Source of the DNA: Candidatus Bathyarchaeia archaeon
GTDB taxonomy: Archaea; Thermoproteota; Bathyarchaeia; TCS64
Assembly (NCBI GenBank): GCA_050014495.1
Contig: JBEKDF010000002.1
Coordinates: 106,244-170,243 of the forward strand
Length of the DNA stretch: 64,000 nt
Direction of reading: 5' to 3'
The position numbers were made by a program, and so were the translations under genes. Below the pieces are notes generated by a model. The model did no database searches. It saw nothing but the letters and a program-made list of their open reading frames with translations, and was not told the origin of the DNA. Shown piece by piece: positions 1-10,071 of this stretch; within the stretch, counting starts at the first letter, position 1; every line of letters begins with the position of its first letter.

Positions 1-1
1 C

Positions 2-1048
2 AATTCAGTGTTCGGAACAACCAACAATCCGTGGGATCTGATGCGAACTCCCGGTGGATCAACGGGGGGAGGTGCTGCCGCCCTCGCTGCTGGAATGACC
101 TTCCTCGAGATTGGCAGCGACATCGGTGGTTCGATTAGGGTTCCCTCCCATTTCTGTGGCCTTTACGGACATAAACCAAGTCTAGATGTGGTCTCAACCA
201 GAGGACATATACCACCATTACCTGGTGCATCTTCGAGCTACCCTGCTTTCAGCGTCGCTGGTCCACTTGCGAGGAGCGCATGTGACCTAAGGCTCGCTCT
301 GGAAGTTTTGGGCGGACCAGACTATGGTCTCGAGAAGGCCCTAAAATGGAGACTCCCGCCTCAGAGGAAGCACACACTCAGGGAGTATCGCCTTGGATGC
401 GTGATAGATGACCCATTGTGTCGTACCTCATCTGAGGTTAGGGGGCCCTTGGAGAAGTTAGTGAGAGGGTTAAAGGAGGAGGGAATCGATATCGCGACTG
501 GTTGGCCTGAAGGCATCGAACCTAAGCGTCTCTTCGATGATTATCGATATATGCGCTACGCCTCTGGGGCAGGGGGACTCAGTAGCGACCAGATAAACGA
601 GCGCCTTAAGGCGGAGCCAATAAATGATGGCTCTGACGAGTATGCGGCGGCACAAGCCTACGCGTCGACGGTAAAGGAGTTCCAAGATGTGATGGCGAGG
701 ACAGCGCAGGCAAAGGATGCTTGGCGCGACTACTTCAAGGGAGTGGATGCCCTTCTCGTCCCCGTAGCGTTCGTCCCAGCCTTCCCCCACGATCACAGAA
801 TGCCCCTGAAGAATAGGGTCCTCCAGCTATCCGAAGGTCCGAGGAGGTATCAAGAGCTGCGTTTCTGGATTTGCTTCGCTACACTCTGCGGACTGCCGTC
901 GACAGTAGCTCCAATAGGCTTAACGAGCACTGGATTGCCTGTTGGGATACAGATTATAGGGCCCTTCATGGAGGACGCTACATCTATCGATATAGCTGAG
1001 AAGCTCGGGGATATCGTAGGTGGATTCAGACCGCCTCCTGGCTTCTAA
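2..1048 (+). CDS. Amidase (amidase signature family), 5'-truncated by window edge
   Basis: Amidase signature GGSTGG and GSDIGGSIRVPSHFCG, C-terminal GLPVGIQIIG; frame open from position 2. Confidence 0.93.
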   Translation, partial: NSVFGTTNNPWDLMRTPGGSTGGGAAALAAGMTFLEIGSDIGGSIRVPSHFCGLYGHKPSLDVVSTRGHIPPLPGASSSYPAFSVAGPLARSACDLRLALEVLGGPDYGLEKALKWRLPPQRKHTLREYRLGCVIDDPLCRTSSEVRGPLEKLVRGLKEEGIDIATGWPEGIEPKRLFDDYRYMRYASGAGGLSSDQINERLKAEPINDGSDEYAAAQAYASTVKEFQDVMARTAQAKDAWRDYFKGVDALLVPVAFVPAFPHDHRMPLKNRVLQLSEGPRRYQELRFWICFATLCGLPSTVAPIGLTSTGLPVGIQIIGPFMEDATSIDIAEKLGDIVGGFRPPPGF

Positions 1049-1120
1049 CGAATAATTAGCTGAACAGCGATTTTGGTTCCTTTTTTCTTAGCACATTTTG
1101 ATGTTGTCTTATAATTTAAT

Positions 1121-1350
1121 GGCGTGATGGTGGGCGGGGCGTCCCTGTCCCTCACGACAAACACACAGCATCACGGCATGGAGCCAACGCTCCGCTCAGC
1201 TGAGCTCTCTCAAATCGTGAGGAGTCCGACGCCCGAGCCCTGCCCGCCTGTCCCATGACTGGGTAACCCCGTCTTCACAGGTGACCCTCCGCGGAGTCCG
1301 TCTGCATGGTGCGTCGTCTCTGCGGGCAACCACTACTCGATCCCGGGGGC
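1121..1350. ncRNA. Candidate structured non-coding RNA or non-autonomous element of unknown family
   Basis: GC-rich island between AT-rich flanks with no ORF; helices 1129-1140/1237-1248, 1150-1157/1215-1222, 1180-1184/1189-1193, 1261-1268/1280-1287, 1289-1296/1318-1325. Confidence 0.55.
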
Positions 1351-1377
1351 TTATATCCTTACATATTCTCCGAAGCT

Positions 1378-1402
1378 GGGTGTTACAACTTTGTAAGCAC
1401 CC
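1378..1402. repeat. Inverted repeat GGGTG-TTACAA-CT-TTGTAA-G-CACCC
   Basis: Near-perfect palindrome read directly; lies upstream of the M14 peptidase gene. Confidence 0.6.
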
Positions 1403-1516
1403 CTGTTAATTGAAAAAGAAGTGGAAAAATGGATTTTTTGATTTTTATGTCGATTATTGACCTATTTTATAGGTTTAAAGCAATTATTTTTAATATAAAA
1501 ACGGTATTTTTAACTC

Positions 1517-4048
1517 ATGTCTACTAAGATTCCTTCTCCTGAGGAGTTTTTCGGTCATGAAGTAGGTGCTGATAGAAAACTCCTGCGTTGGGATCGGATT
1601 GTTGAGTACTTCAACGCACTCGGAAAATCACCTTGTGTGCGGGTAACGGAGCTAGGAAAATCTACTGAGGGAAACCCGTTCATCCTCGTAGTAATCACCG
1701 CTCAGGAGAACCTGAAAAGGCTCGAAAAGATTAGGGAGATGAGCTGGCGGGTCGCACACCCAAGGGGCGTCCCCGCAGAGGAAATCGCTGGCATCATCAC
1801 TGAGGGAAAATCCGTTGTGGCGATGACGATGAGTATACACGCCACGGAGGTGGGCGGCACCCAGATGGCTCCCGAGCTCGCTTACGAGGTTGCTACAAGC
1901 CCAACTTTCGAGGAGGTGCGCCAAAACGTCGTACTTCTCCTATTCCCCTGCTTCAACCCAGATGGGCAGATCATGGTCACGGACTGGTACAACAAGTACC
2001 TCGATACGGAGTACGAGGGGAGTAGTCCGCCTTGGCTCTACCACAAATATGCTGGTCACGACAACAATCGAGACGCAATCAACCTCAGCATGGTGGAGAG
2101 TCAAATGGTGGCCCGTGTCCTCTACGGAGATTGGTACCCACAGGCATACATAGACTATCACCACATGGGGAGCTACGGTGCTAGGTTCTATATTCCTCCC
2201 TTCAGCAACCCCATCGACGATCAGGTTGACCCCCTGGTATGGACGGAGCAGGAACTCTATGGGGGAATCATGCACGTAATGCTGGAGGTCGCTGGAAAGA
2301 CGGGAGTAGAGTCCGCAGCCACTTACCCTGGAGAATTCATGCCCACATTCAACTACGTCCCCTGTTGGCATAACATCTGCGGCATGCTCACCGAGTCCGC
2401 GAGCGCTGGAATAGCAACTCCCATTTGGATCCATTACCACCAACTCAAGCCAAGTAGTCGTGGGCGACCAGAATATAGGACTCAGATGGGCTTCCCACAC
2501 CCCTGGCCTGGAGGATGGTGGAGGCTCCGTGACGTGGTCGAGCAGCAGAAGATAAGTGCATTTGCTACTCTGATTGCAGCCTCCAGGTTCAGAGAGACCC
2601 TCCTAAGGGACATGCATATGAAGTCGACCCACGCTTTGGAAAGGGGACTCAGCGAGGCACCATACGCATTTATCGTTAAGACCGAGCAGCACGACGAGCT
2701 GACAACTTACAAGCTACTCAAGACTCTTATGGACATGGGGGTAGAGGTCCAGAGGAGCCAGAGGGAGTTCAACGCCGACGGCGTCACCTACCCCCGTGGC
2801 ACCCACGTCGTCTTCGCATCTCAGTCCTGCAGACCATATATAATCAGCCTACTGAAGAGAACCTTTTATCACTTAGGTCCTTGGACGCGGAAGCCCGATG
2901 GGACCCCACTAACACCATATGACCTCGCCACCTATACTATACCCGAGTTCATGGGTGTGAGGCTTCACGAAGTTGAGAAGCCCTTTGATGGTGCATTCGA
3001 GGCTGTACCGAGCCTCAGGTTCCCACGGGGTGATGTCGCCATCCAGGCTCCTAATGGCTGGCTACTCGATACACGGATCAACGATGGCTACGCTGCCGTG
3101 AACAGGTTGCTAAGGCGCGGCGTGAATGTTAGGAGGCTAACTGCTGACGTGCAAATAGGGGAGCGCATGCATCCGGCTGGGACGTGGCATATAGTGGGTG
3201 AGGATGCACGCGAGGAGCTGGAGAAGATATCGAAGCGTTACCACTTAGTCTTCGAAGCTGCCCCAGAGATCGAGTTGAATGAGAGGCCCATACACCAGCT
3301 CAGGATAGGGATCTATCAGCGATTCTATGGCGGAAACACAGATGAGGGATGGACACGGTGGCTTCTAGAGCAGTACAGGTTCCCGTACAAAACTCTGATT
3401 GACAAGGACATCAAGAGGGGTAGACTAGCAGACAAGTTCGACGTCATCATCCTTCCCTCCGACCACAAGAGTATGATAACGGGCGACGGCATAGAGGAGT
3501 TCTACGAGAAGAGGTGGCAGGGCTTCATGACAATGCCGAAGTACCCACCTGAGTATAGGAGCGGAATCGGGAAGGATGGGGTTGAGAAGCTAAGGGACTT
3601 CGCTGAAGCTGGAGGAACCCTCCTGTGTCTAGGGGAATCGAGCGACTTTGCCATAGAGGAGTTGAAGGTCCCCGTAAAGAACGTGCTCGCAGACATCAAG
3701 CTCACCGACTTCGTCTGCCCCGGCTCGACGCTTCACGTCAATGTCGATTCTACCAACTCATTAGCATGGGGTGTGCAGGAAGACCTACTCATCATCTTCC
3801 GTAGCCATGGCGCCTTTGAGGTGAAGCCTGGGAGCCGAAACGATGAGTACGGCGTAGTACTCAGTTACCCCGAAGATCATATAATGGAAAGCGGATGGCT
3901 GCAAGGGGAAGATAGGCTTTCGCGGAAAGCCGCGATGGTGGAAGCGAAGATGGGTAGGGGGCGCGTCATTCTGTATGGATTTGCCCCCCAGTACAGGGCG
4001 CAGACTGATGCAGCCTTCAAGCTCTTCTTCAACCCCCTTGTCGGCTGA
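1517..4048 (+). CDS. M14 family zinc carboxypeptidase with C-terminal class I glutamine-amidotransferase-like domain
   Basis: SIHATE (HxxE), NPDG, GHDNNRD, DYHHMG motifs; C-terminal FDVIILP / GGTLLCLG / GRVILYGF. Confidence 0.9.
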   Translation: MSTKIPSPEEFFGHEVGADRKLLRWDRIVEYFNALGKSPCVRVTELGKSTEGNPFILVVITAQENLKRLEKIREMSWRVAHPRGVPAEEIAGIITEGKSVVAMTMSIHATEVGGTQMAPELAYEVATSPTFEEVRQNVVLLLFPCFNPDGQIMVTDWYNKYLDTEYEGSSPPWLYHKYAGHDNNRDAINLSMVESQMVARVLYGDWYPQAYIDYHHMGSYGARFYIPPFSNPIDDQVDPLVWTEQELYGGIMHVMLEVAGKTGVESAATYPGEFMPTFNYVPCWHNICGMLTESASAGIATPIWIHYHQLKPSSRGRPEYRTQMGFPHPWPGGWWRLRDVVEQQKISAFATLIAASRFRETLLRDMHMKSTHALERGLSEAPYAFIVKTEQHDELTTYKLLKTLMDMGVEVQRSQREFNADGVTYPRGTHVVFASQSCRPYIISLLKRTFYHLGPWTRKPDGTPLTPYDLATYTIPEFMGVRLHEVEKPFDGAFEAVPSLRFPRGDVAIQAPNGWLLDTRINDGYAAVNRLLRRGVNVRRLTADVQIGERMHPAGTWHIVGEDAREELEKISKRYHLVFEAAPEIELNERPIHQLRIGIYQRFYGGNTDEGWTRWLLEQYRFPYKTLIDKDIKRGRLADKFDVIILPSDHKSMITGDGIEEFYEKRWQGFMTMPKYPPEYRSGIGKDGVEKLRDFAEAGGTLLCLGESSDFAIEELKVPVKNVLADIKLTDFVCPGSTLHVNVDSTNSLAWGVQEDLLIIFRSHGAFEVKPGSRNDEYGVVLSYPEDHIMESGWLQGEDRLSRKAAMVEAKMGRGRVILYGFAPQYRAQTDAAFKLFFNPLVG

Positions 4049-4142
4049 TCACTATATACCTCAATACATTTTCTCCAATCATCATAACTTTCATTCGCAT
4101 CGAAGACGTTTTATAGGAATACCCTCTTTGCTTCAAGGATAA

Positions 4143-5321
4143 GTGGTTAATATGAATGTAAACAAATTCGCGAAGAAGGAGTTGCTCGCAATGGCAGCCG
4201 GCTCCTCTACTCGTGTGAACGTCGCCTTTGATCCTAAACTCATAAATCTTGGTGCCGGTGACCCCGACTTCAACCAGCCCAACATAATCAACAAGGCTGT
4301 ATTCAATGCGATGAAGGAGGGTCACACTCACTACGAGTTCACTGGTGTCCCCGAGTTCAAGAAGGCTATCGCCAAGTACTATGGGAAGTATGGAGTGAAG
4401 ATCGACCCTGATACCCAGCTCTGTATCGAGTCAGGTGGTAGCCAGGCTATCTTCCGCGCCTTCGGAGCCCTCCTCAACCCCGGTGACGAGATAATACTTC
4501 TCGACCCAGCGTATCAGGGATACTTCTCCCCCGCCTCCTACTTCGGCGCTACGATGGTTCGTGCTCCTATGAAGAAGGATAAGAAGGGCATCTTCAGGCC
4601 AGATGTCAACGCCATTGCCAAGGCGTGCACACCCAAGACGAAGGCGGTGATGATATGCAGTCCTGATAACCCGACTGGCGCAGTTTACACGGAGAAGGAA
4701 CTCAAGGCTCTCGCAGAGGTCTGCGTCCAAAAGGACATCATTTGCATCAGCGACGAGATCTACACCGAGTTCATCTGGGGTAGAAAGCCCTTCATCCCGA
4801 CGATGAAGATCCCCGGCATGGAAGACAGGACCCTCGCACTCATGAGCTTCAGCAAGACCTTCGCATGGACTGGCTGCAGGGCTGGCTACATCATCGCGAG
4901 CCCGGAGCTCATGAAGTTGATACAGGAGGTACCGATTGGTATCATCGGTATGCCGGTTCCTTTCCAATATGCTGGTGCTGTTGCCCTTGAGAAAGGTTGG
5001 GGCTTCGTCAAGAAGATGAGGAAGGAGTACAAGAAGAGGATTGACTTCAGCGTAAAGAGGCTGAACGAGATCAAGGGTATTACGTGTCCATATCCTGAGG
5101 GTACCTTCTACGTCTTCCCAGACATCAGTGCCATCGGTATGCCCAGTGTAAAGTTCGGTCAGGAGCTCTTCCTACAGGAGAAGCTCCGTGGCGCACCTGG
5201 TACTGGTTACGGACAAGCCGCTGAGGGACACATAAGATTCGCCCTCGTTGACAATATGGAGCGCCTAGAGGACGCTTGGAACAGGGTAGAGCACTTCGTC
5301 AAGAAGAACGGGAAGAAGTAA
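4143..5321 (+). CDS. PLP-dependent aminotransferase class I/II (AspC-like)
   Basis: GDPDF, PDNPTG, SDEIY, SFSKTFAWTGCRAG (PLP lysine). Confidence 0.93.
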   Translation: MVNMNVNKFAKKELLAMAAGSSTRVNVAFDPKLINLGAGDPDFNQPNIINKAVFNAMKEGHTHYEFTGVPEFKKAIAKYYGKYGVKIDPDTQLCIESGGSQAIFRAFGALLNPGDEIILLDPAYQGYFSPASYFGATMVRAPMKKDKKGIFRPDVNAIAKACTPKTKAVMICSPDNPTGAVYTEKELKALAEVCVQKDIICISDEIYTEFIWGRKPFIPTMKIPGMEDRTLALMSFSKTFAWTGCRAGYIIASPELMKLIQEVPIGIIGMPVPFQYAGAVALEKGWGFVKKMRKEYKKRIDFSVKRLNEIKGITCPYPEGTFYVFPDISAIGMPSVKFGQELFLQEKLRGAPGTGYGQAAEGHIRFALVDNMERLEDAWNRVEHFVKKNGKK

Positions 5322-5405
5322 TCTTCCCATCCTCATTTAATTGGATTCTAAGTACGGATCTTAGGTTTGGTAAGGTATTTATTTTCATTTATTAATCTAT
5401 CAAAG

Positions 5406-5654
5406 ATGGATCCGAATCCGCCGAGACCTGCTTTTCAAATATTAATTTTACTTCTAATTTCCATAGAAGTTTTTGCGGTAGCTTTAGGGAACGATGTTCT
5501 GCTGGTAGCTGTTTTAGTGCTGATTATTATCGTGGCCTTCTATTGGTTTAGATATACTAGATCTCATTCGCTCAAGTCTAAATATCGTCCTAAGAATGCG
5601 ACTCCCAAGGAGGATTGGAGGGGGACGACGGATAAGAATAATAATCCCCTTTGA
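5406..5654 (+). CDS. Small hypothetical membrane protein (2 TM segments, basic tail)
   Basis: Two hydrophobic stretches after ATG at 5406. Confidence 0.55.
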   Translation: MDPNPPRPAFQILILLLISIEVFAVALGNDVLLVAVLVLIIIVAFYWFRYTRSHSLKSKYRPKNATPKEDWRGTTDKNNNPL

Positions 5655-5693
5655 GGCCTTCGTAATGGTTTTTAGGAAAAACTAGCTCGCGGG

Positions 5694-7142
5694 CTAGTCC
5701 TTGCCCCTGTTCTTTTCAGCGTAGGCCTTCGCTAACTCGAGTGGGGGCTGAATCTCGTTAGGGATGGGGGAAATGTATTTCTTCCCTGTTAAGCGTTTAG
5801 CGTGTTCCTCATTCGCCTTTTTCACAATCTCGGGTTTAGTGAGAAGATCGAGTACTGTACCAGCAGTTACCTTACTGCCGAAGATGAGGCTCTTATGGCC
5901 AAGGCCCATGGCGCCACAGGCGACCCACTGCCAGCTGTGAGCGGGACTACCTAGAGGGTATGCAGCAGTGTTGTACTCGACGGCGGGAACGACCCAACTC
6001 ACGTCGCCTACGTCAGTTGAGCCAGCGCTACAGTAGTCCTCGCCGTAGGGGTCGAGGACGTCGTCCGCCATCTCCATGTCGGCATATCTTTCCCAGGTCG
6101 GTACCTTCTGCCTCTTCATGTCGTCGATCTTAACCTGTCTGTCTAGGTCGGCGTTGATCTTCTTGGCGAATGCAAGCTCCTCAGCAGTGTGCTGGGGAGC
6201 TCCAATCTCCTTCATGTTCGCCGTGATAGTCTCGGCTACCGTCTTGTTTGGAATGAGGTTGTAGAGGCCCATTATGAACTCGACCTTTAGAGTGGTTTCG
6301 GTCATCAGCGCGGCTCCCTCGGCGATCTTTATTATCCTCTTGTAGATCGAGTCCAGCTGATCTCTCTGAGGGGCGCGGATGTAATACCAGCTCCGCGCGT
6401 AGTCTGGGACGACGTTTGGCTGACCTCCCCCCTCTTCGATGACGTAGTGGAATCGGGCTTCCTGGATGACGTGCTCGCGGAGGTAGTTGACGCCTACGTT
6501 CATCAGCTCGATTGCGTCGAGAGCGCTCCTACCTTGCTCGGGTGAACCGGCAGCGTGGCTGGTCTTCCCGTAGTAGTGGAACTTGACTCCGTTGACTGCG
6601 GTACTGCTGCCAATCGTCGCTGCATTGATTGAGTCTGGGTGGTGGCTGATGACAGCGTCGACGCCATCGAATAGTCCGGCACGGACCATGTAGACCTTGC
6701 CGACGAAGTTCTCTTCAGCGGGGGTACCATAGAACTTGATTGTGCCATTGATATTGGCCTTTTCCATCGCGTAGCGCGTGGCAATCGCCCCAGCTACACC
6801 GCTAGTTCCATGGATGTGGTGCCCACAGCCATGCCCCGGAGCCCCCTCTATTAGAGGCACCTTCTCGGGGACGACCTTGTTGCTGATCCCCGGTAGCGCG
6901 TCGAATTCACCCATTATGCCGATTACGGGTTTTCCGCTCCCCCAGGTGGCTATGAAGGCGGTGGGCATACCCGCCACACCTGACTCAACCTTGAAGCCGT
7001 GCCTCCTCAGCTCATCCTGGAGTAGCTTAGAACTATTCGTCTCGGTTAGCCCGAGCTCCGCGTAACCCCAAATCGTGTCTGCTACCTCTATTATCCTCTT
7101 CTGGTTCTGGTCTATCCAGTTCCACGCAGTTTCCTTGACCAT
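5694..7142 (-). CDS. M20 amidohydrolase, AbgB (p-aminobenzoyl-glutamate hydrolase subunit B)-like
   Basis: GEFDALPG, GHGCGH, GTPAEE, GGGQPNVVP, GSTDVGDVSW, HSWQ. Confidence 0.92.
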   Translation of the reverse strand: MVKETAWNWIDQNQKRIIEVADTIWGYAELGLTETNSSKLLQDELRRHGFKVESGVAGMPTAFIATWGSGKPVIGIMGEFDALPGISNKVVPEKVPLIEGAPGHGCGHHIHGTSGVAGAIATRYAMEKANINGTIKFYGTPAEENFVGKVYMVRAGLFDGVDAVISHHPDSINAATIGSSTAVNGVKFHYYGKTSHAAGSPEQGRSALDAIELMNVGVNYLREHVIQEARFHYVIEEGGGQPNVVPDYARSWYYIRAPQRDQLDSIYKRIIKIAEGAALMTETTLKVEFIMGLYNLIPNKTVAETITANMKEIGAPQHTAEELAFAKKINADLDRQVKIDDMKRQKVPTWERYADMEMADDVLDPYGEDYCSAGSTDVGDVSWVVPAVEYNTAAYPLGSPAHSWQWVACGAMGLGHKSLIFGSKVTAGTVLDLLTKPEIVKKANEEHAKRLTGKKYISPIPNEIQPPLELAKAYAEKNRGKD

Positions 7143-7320
7143 GGGTGAAAGGAAAGGGCATCGAATCTATAAGATCAACTAATCGAAAGCGCTGTCGACG
7201 GTAAGGGTTTCACCAAATCGAAACGAATAAGCTTCTGGTACTTCCCAGGGTGCCATCCATTCACGTTTGAGGTTTTTAAATACTGGATTTTATTAACCAA
7301 GTTTCGCAGCAGCGTTCTTA

Positions 7321-7330
7321 GCGCGCGCGC
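7321..7330. repeat. (GC)5 motif copy outside the main array
   Basis: GCGCGCGCGC followed by AATTTTGAG in intergenic DNA. Confidence 0.7.
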
Positions 7331-7383
7331 AATTTTGAGTCATCGGAAAAGGCTTAAGTTCGGCTATCTATGTGCTGGGCTAA

Positions 7384-7953
7384 GTGAGCCAATTGGGTGA
7401 GGTGGACCTCGTTTCACTGCTGCTCCTCTCTGTTGGGCTTTCTATGGATGTGCTCTCGGTATCGGCAGTTACGGGTTTTGGGATGGGGCGGATGAACCGG
7501 GATCAGATGCTTCGTCTCGCAGGTGCATTCGGGGTCTTCCATGTCTTCATGCCCATTTTGGGGTGGTTAGCCGGGGGTACGATAGAGAGCCTCATCTCGG
7601 GGTACGGCCATTGGATAGCATTTATCCTACTAGCATTCGTGGGAGGTAGAATTCTAATCGAAGGTGTGCGTGAAGGAGGGAATGCGGATCCATCGAATAT
7701 TCTAGAACTGAGAAGTCTACTTCTCTTCAGCATAGCTGTCAGTGTAGACAGCATTGTAGTGGGGGTGAGCTTCGGCCTCAACGGGGTCCCCATAGTCTTC
7801 CCCGCTTTGATGATTGGGTCGATGGCTTTTCTCTTCACTCTCATCGGGGTTGCCGTCGGGAGTAACACTGGGCATTGGTTGGGGCGGTGGTCTCAGATTG
7901 CTGGTGGGTTGATTCTCATCCTAATTGGGTTGAGGGTTTTATTCAGTCAGTGA
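7384..7953 (+). CDS. mntP: Manganese efflux pump MntP family
   Basis: Duplicated GLSMD / AVSVDS motifs, six TM helices, C-terminal GGLILILIG. Confidence 0.88.
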   Translation: MSQLGEVDLVSLLLLSVGLSMDVLSVSAVTGFGMGRMNRDQMLRLAGAFGVFHVFMPILGWLAGGTIESLISGYGHWIAFILLAFVGGRILIEGVREGGNADPSNILELRSLLLFSIAVSVDSIVVGVSFGLNGVPIVFPALMIGSMAFLFTLIGVAVGSNTGHWLGRWSQIAGGLILILIGLRVLFSQ

Positions 7954-7970
7954 TTTGGGGTCTGACTCGG

Positions 7971-9410
7971 CTACACTTGGGCTCTGTCGGCCGCGACCTT
8001 TGCTGTCTCCAGTGGAGGAACACAATCCACTGGAATGGGGGTCTTATAGATCCTACCCTTGAGGCGATCTGTGTACTCGGCTTTAGCCTTCTTGAGGAGT
8101 TCTGGCTGGGTGATGAGGTCGAGGGCGGTGCCAGCGATAGTCTTAGCCGCGAATACTAGACTCTTATGGGCTACTGTGCTTCCACTCATGGCTACGAACT
8201 GCCAACTGTGACCTGGGGCGCCTAGGACATTTAATGTTGTGCCAAACTCGACGGTTGGGCATTTCCAGCTGACATCGCCGACGTCGCTGCTCCCAGCCAT
8301 GACCTCTCCCTCGCCTGTTGGGTCGAGGATGTCAGTTAGAAGGTCGATGTCGACGTACTTCTCCCAGCCGGGTATCTTGGATTTGCGCAGGCTGTCTACC
8401 TTCTGCTCCTTTGGGGTACTCTTAGCAATCTCTGCAGCGAATTCTAACTCCTTCTCGCTGTAAGTTGGTGAACCGACTTCACGCATGTTCTTGACGACCG
8501 TTTCAGCGACCACCTTGTTGGGGATAATATTGTAGAGGCCGTCGATGAACTCGACTTTGAGCGTTGTCTCTGTCATGAGGGCTGCGCCTTCGGCGATTTT
8601 GAGGATTCTGGAGTAGATTGGTTCTAGTTGGTCGCGTTCGGGTGCGCGTATGTAGTACCAGCTTCGAGCATAGTCTGGGACGACGTTGGGTTGTCCTCCT
8701 CCGGCCTCGATGATGTAGTGGAACCTAGCCTCCTGAATCACGTGTTCGCGGAGGTAGTTTACTCCGATGTTCATGAGTTCTATGGCGTCGAGGGCGCTTC
8801 TTCCCTGCTCTGGGTTTGCGGCAGCGTGGCTCGTTTTCCCGTAGTAGTGGAACTTGACGCCGTTAACTGCGGTGCTACTGGTCAAGCGTGCTGTGTTCAT
8901 GCTGCCGGGGTGATGGCTGAGGCAGGCATCCACATCGTCGTAGTGGCCTTCCTTTACCATGAAGACCTTGCCCGCGTAGTTCTCCTCGGCGGGGGTTCCG
9001 AAGAACTTGATACGCGCATTGATGTTGTCAGCTTCTAACTCGTAGCGTAAGGCTATGGCACCAGCCATGCCACTGACGCCATGAACATTGTGACCACAGC
9101 CGTGGCCAGCGTGGCCAGGTGTGAGTGGCTCCTTCTGTGTGGTTACCTTCTGACTTATGCCGGGCAGGGCGTCGAATTCACCCTGTATACCTATGCATGT
9201 TTGGCCCTTGCCGTATTCGGCGACGAATGCGGTTGGCATGCCTGCAACGCCGCGTTTGACTTTGAAGGCGTTTTTCTCGAGCTCGTCTGCTATTAGCTTA
9301 GATGATCTGGTCTCCCAGAGACCGAGTTCAGCGTAGCCCCAGATCTTGTCGCTCATCTCGGCAAGGTGCTCTCTATTTTCGTCTATCCACTTCCATGCAG
9401 TCTGTTTCAT
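7971..9410 (-). CDS. M20 amidohydrolase, AbgB-like (close paralog of 5694-7142)
   Basis: GEFDALPG, GHGCGHN, GSSDVGDVSW; long identical stretches with the first copy. Confidence 0.92.
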   Translation of the reverse strand: MKQTAWKWIDENREHLAEMSDKIWGYAELGLWETRSSKLIADELEKNAFKVKRGVAGMPTAFVAEYGKGQTCIGIQGEFDALPGISQKVTTQKEPLTPGHAGHGCGHNVHGVSGMAGAIALRYELEADNINARIKFFGTPAEENYAGKVFMVKEGHYDDVDACLSHHPGSMNTARLTSSTAVNGVKFHYYGKTSHAAANPEQGRSALDAIELMNIGVNYLREHVIQEARFHYIIEAGGGQPNVVPDYARSWYYIRAPERDQLEPIYSRILKIAEGAALMTETTLKVEFIDGLYNIIPNKVVAETVVKNMREVGSPTYSEKELEFAAEIAKSTPKEQKVDSLRKSKIPGWEKYVDIDLLTDILDPTGEGEVMAGSSDVGDVSWKCPTVEFGTTLNVLGAPGHSWQFVAMSGSTVAHKSLVFAAKTIAGTALDLITQPELLKKAKAEYTDRLKGRIYKTPIPVDCVPPLETAKVAADRAQV

Positions 9411-9502
9411 GGTTACAATTGATATGATATTGTTGGTTAAGTTTTGGGTGGACGAGACTATAGAGGAACTGCTTTAGTGGGAGAAAAATGCCCCTTTTGG
9501 AA

Positions 9503-9721
9503 TCACTGGCTGGAGTGTTTTGTCCACTTCTCGTAGTGTTTACGTATAACTTCCATGACCTTTTCGGTCTCTTCCTTAGTGTGGACCTTTTGGAATGTGA
9601 TGCTGTGTTCCCAAGATTTTGTCTTCGGATCCACCTTGTTGATCTTGAAGTAGACCTGTATGCCTAGTTTTCTGAGTTCTGCTACTATCTCAGTCTCTTG
9701 CTGCTTTACCTCTCCGGGCAG
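9503..9721 (-). CDS. Hypothetical 72-aa protein with CTG start (absent from ORF track)
   Basis: Hand translation LPGEVKQQETEIVAELRKLGIQVYFKINKVDPKTKSWEHSITFQKVHTKEETEKVMEVIRKHYEKWTKHSSQ*; AGGTGA upstream. Confidence 0.55.
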   Translation of the reverse strand: MPGEVKQQETEIVAELRKLGIQVYFKINKVDPKTKSWEHSITFQKVHTKEETEKVMEVIRKHYEKWTKHSSQ

Positions 9722-9776
9722 TGACGTTTTGCTTCACCTGTGTGTATTGAGTGGCTGAGGTGTTATTAATGGTGGT

Positions 9777-9911
9777 CTATTTCTTGTGTTTGTAGCCCGC
9801 CGGTAGTGTGACCGCTTTCCGTTCCTTGGTGGCCTTCTTCTTGGCTCTGACTAGTTCGTTGTGTTTCTTGACGCCTTCGATCTTCTCTGCTTTGCTCTTG
9901 CTTGTTGGCAC
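9777..9911 (-). CDS. Small highly basic hypothetical protein, 44 aa (absent from ORF track)
   Basis: Hand translation MPTSKSKAEKIEGVKKHNELVRAKKKATKERKAVTLPAGYKHKK*; AGGTGG upstream of GTG. Confidence 0.5.
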   Translation of the reverse strand: MPTSKSKAEKIEGVKKHNELVRAKKKATKERKAVTLPAGYKHKK

Positions 9912-10071
9912 GTTGAGAACTTCCACCTAACATGTGATGTTGGTGCGCCTTATAGCTATGTATTTTTAATAAAAATATTCGTCACGCGCAAATGGGGCCA
10001 TAGTCTTATCCCCAAAACCCAACTGCTTATACTTACTACGTACTAACCCTAACATTCCCTACTCCCACACG

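Noticed and set aside
1121..1360. RNase P RNA or SRP RNA as the identity of the structured element
   Set aside because: GAGGAGTCC and GGGGGCTTA resemble RNase P conserved regions, but the P4 strands do not pair and the ACAGAA motif is missing; no SRP helix-8 GGAA motif is present.
7179..7290. Possible gene remnant next to the 7321 motif (…WMAPWEVPEAYSFRFGETLTVDSAFD*)
   Set aside because: The frame does not stay open up to the motif and no family is recognisable.
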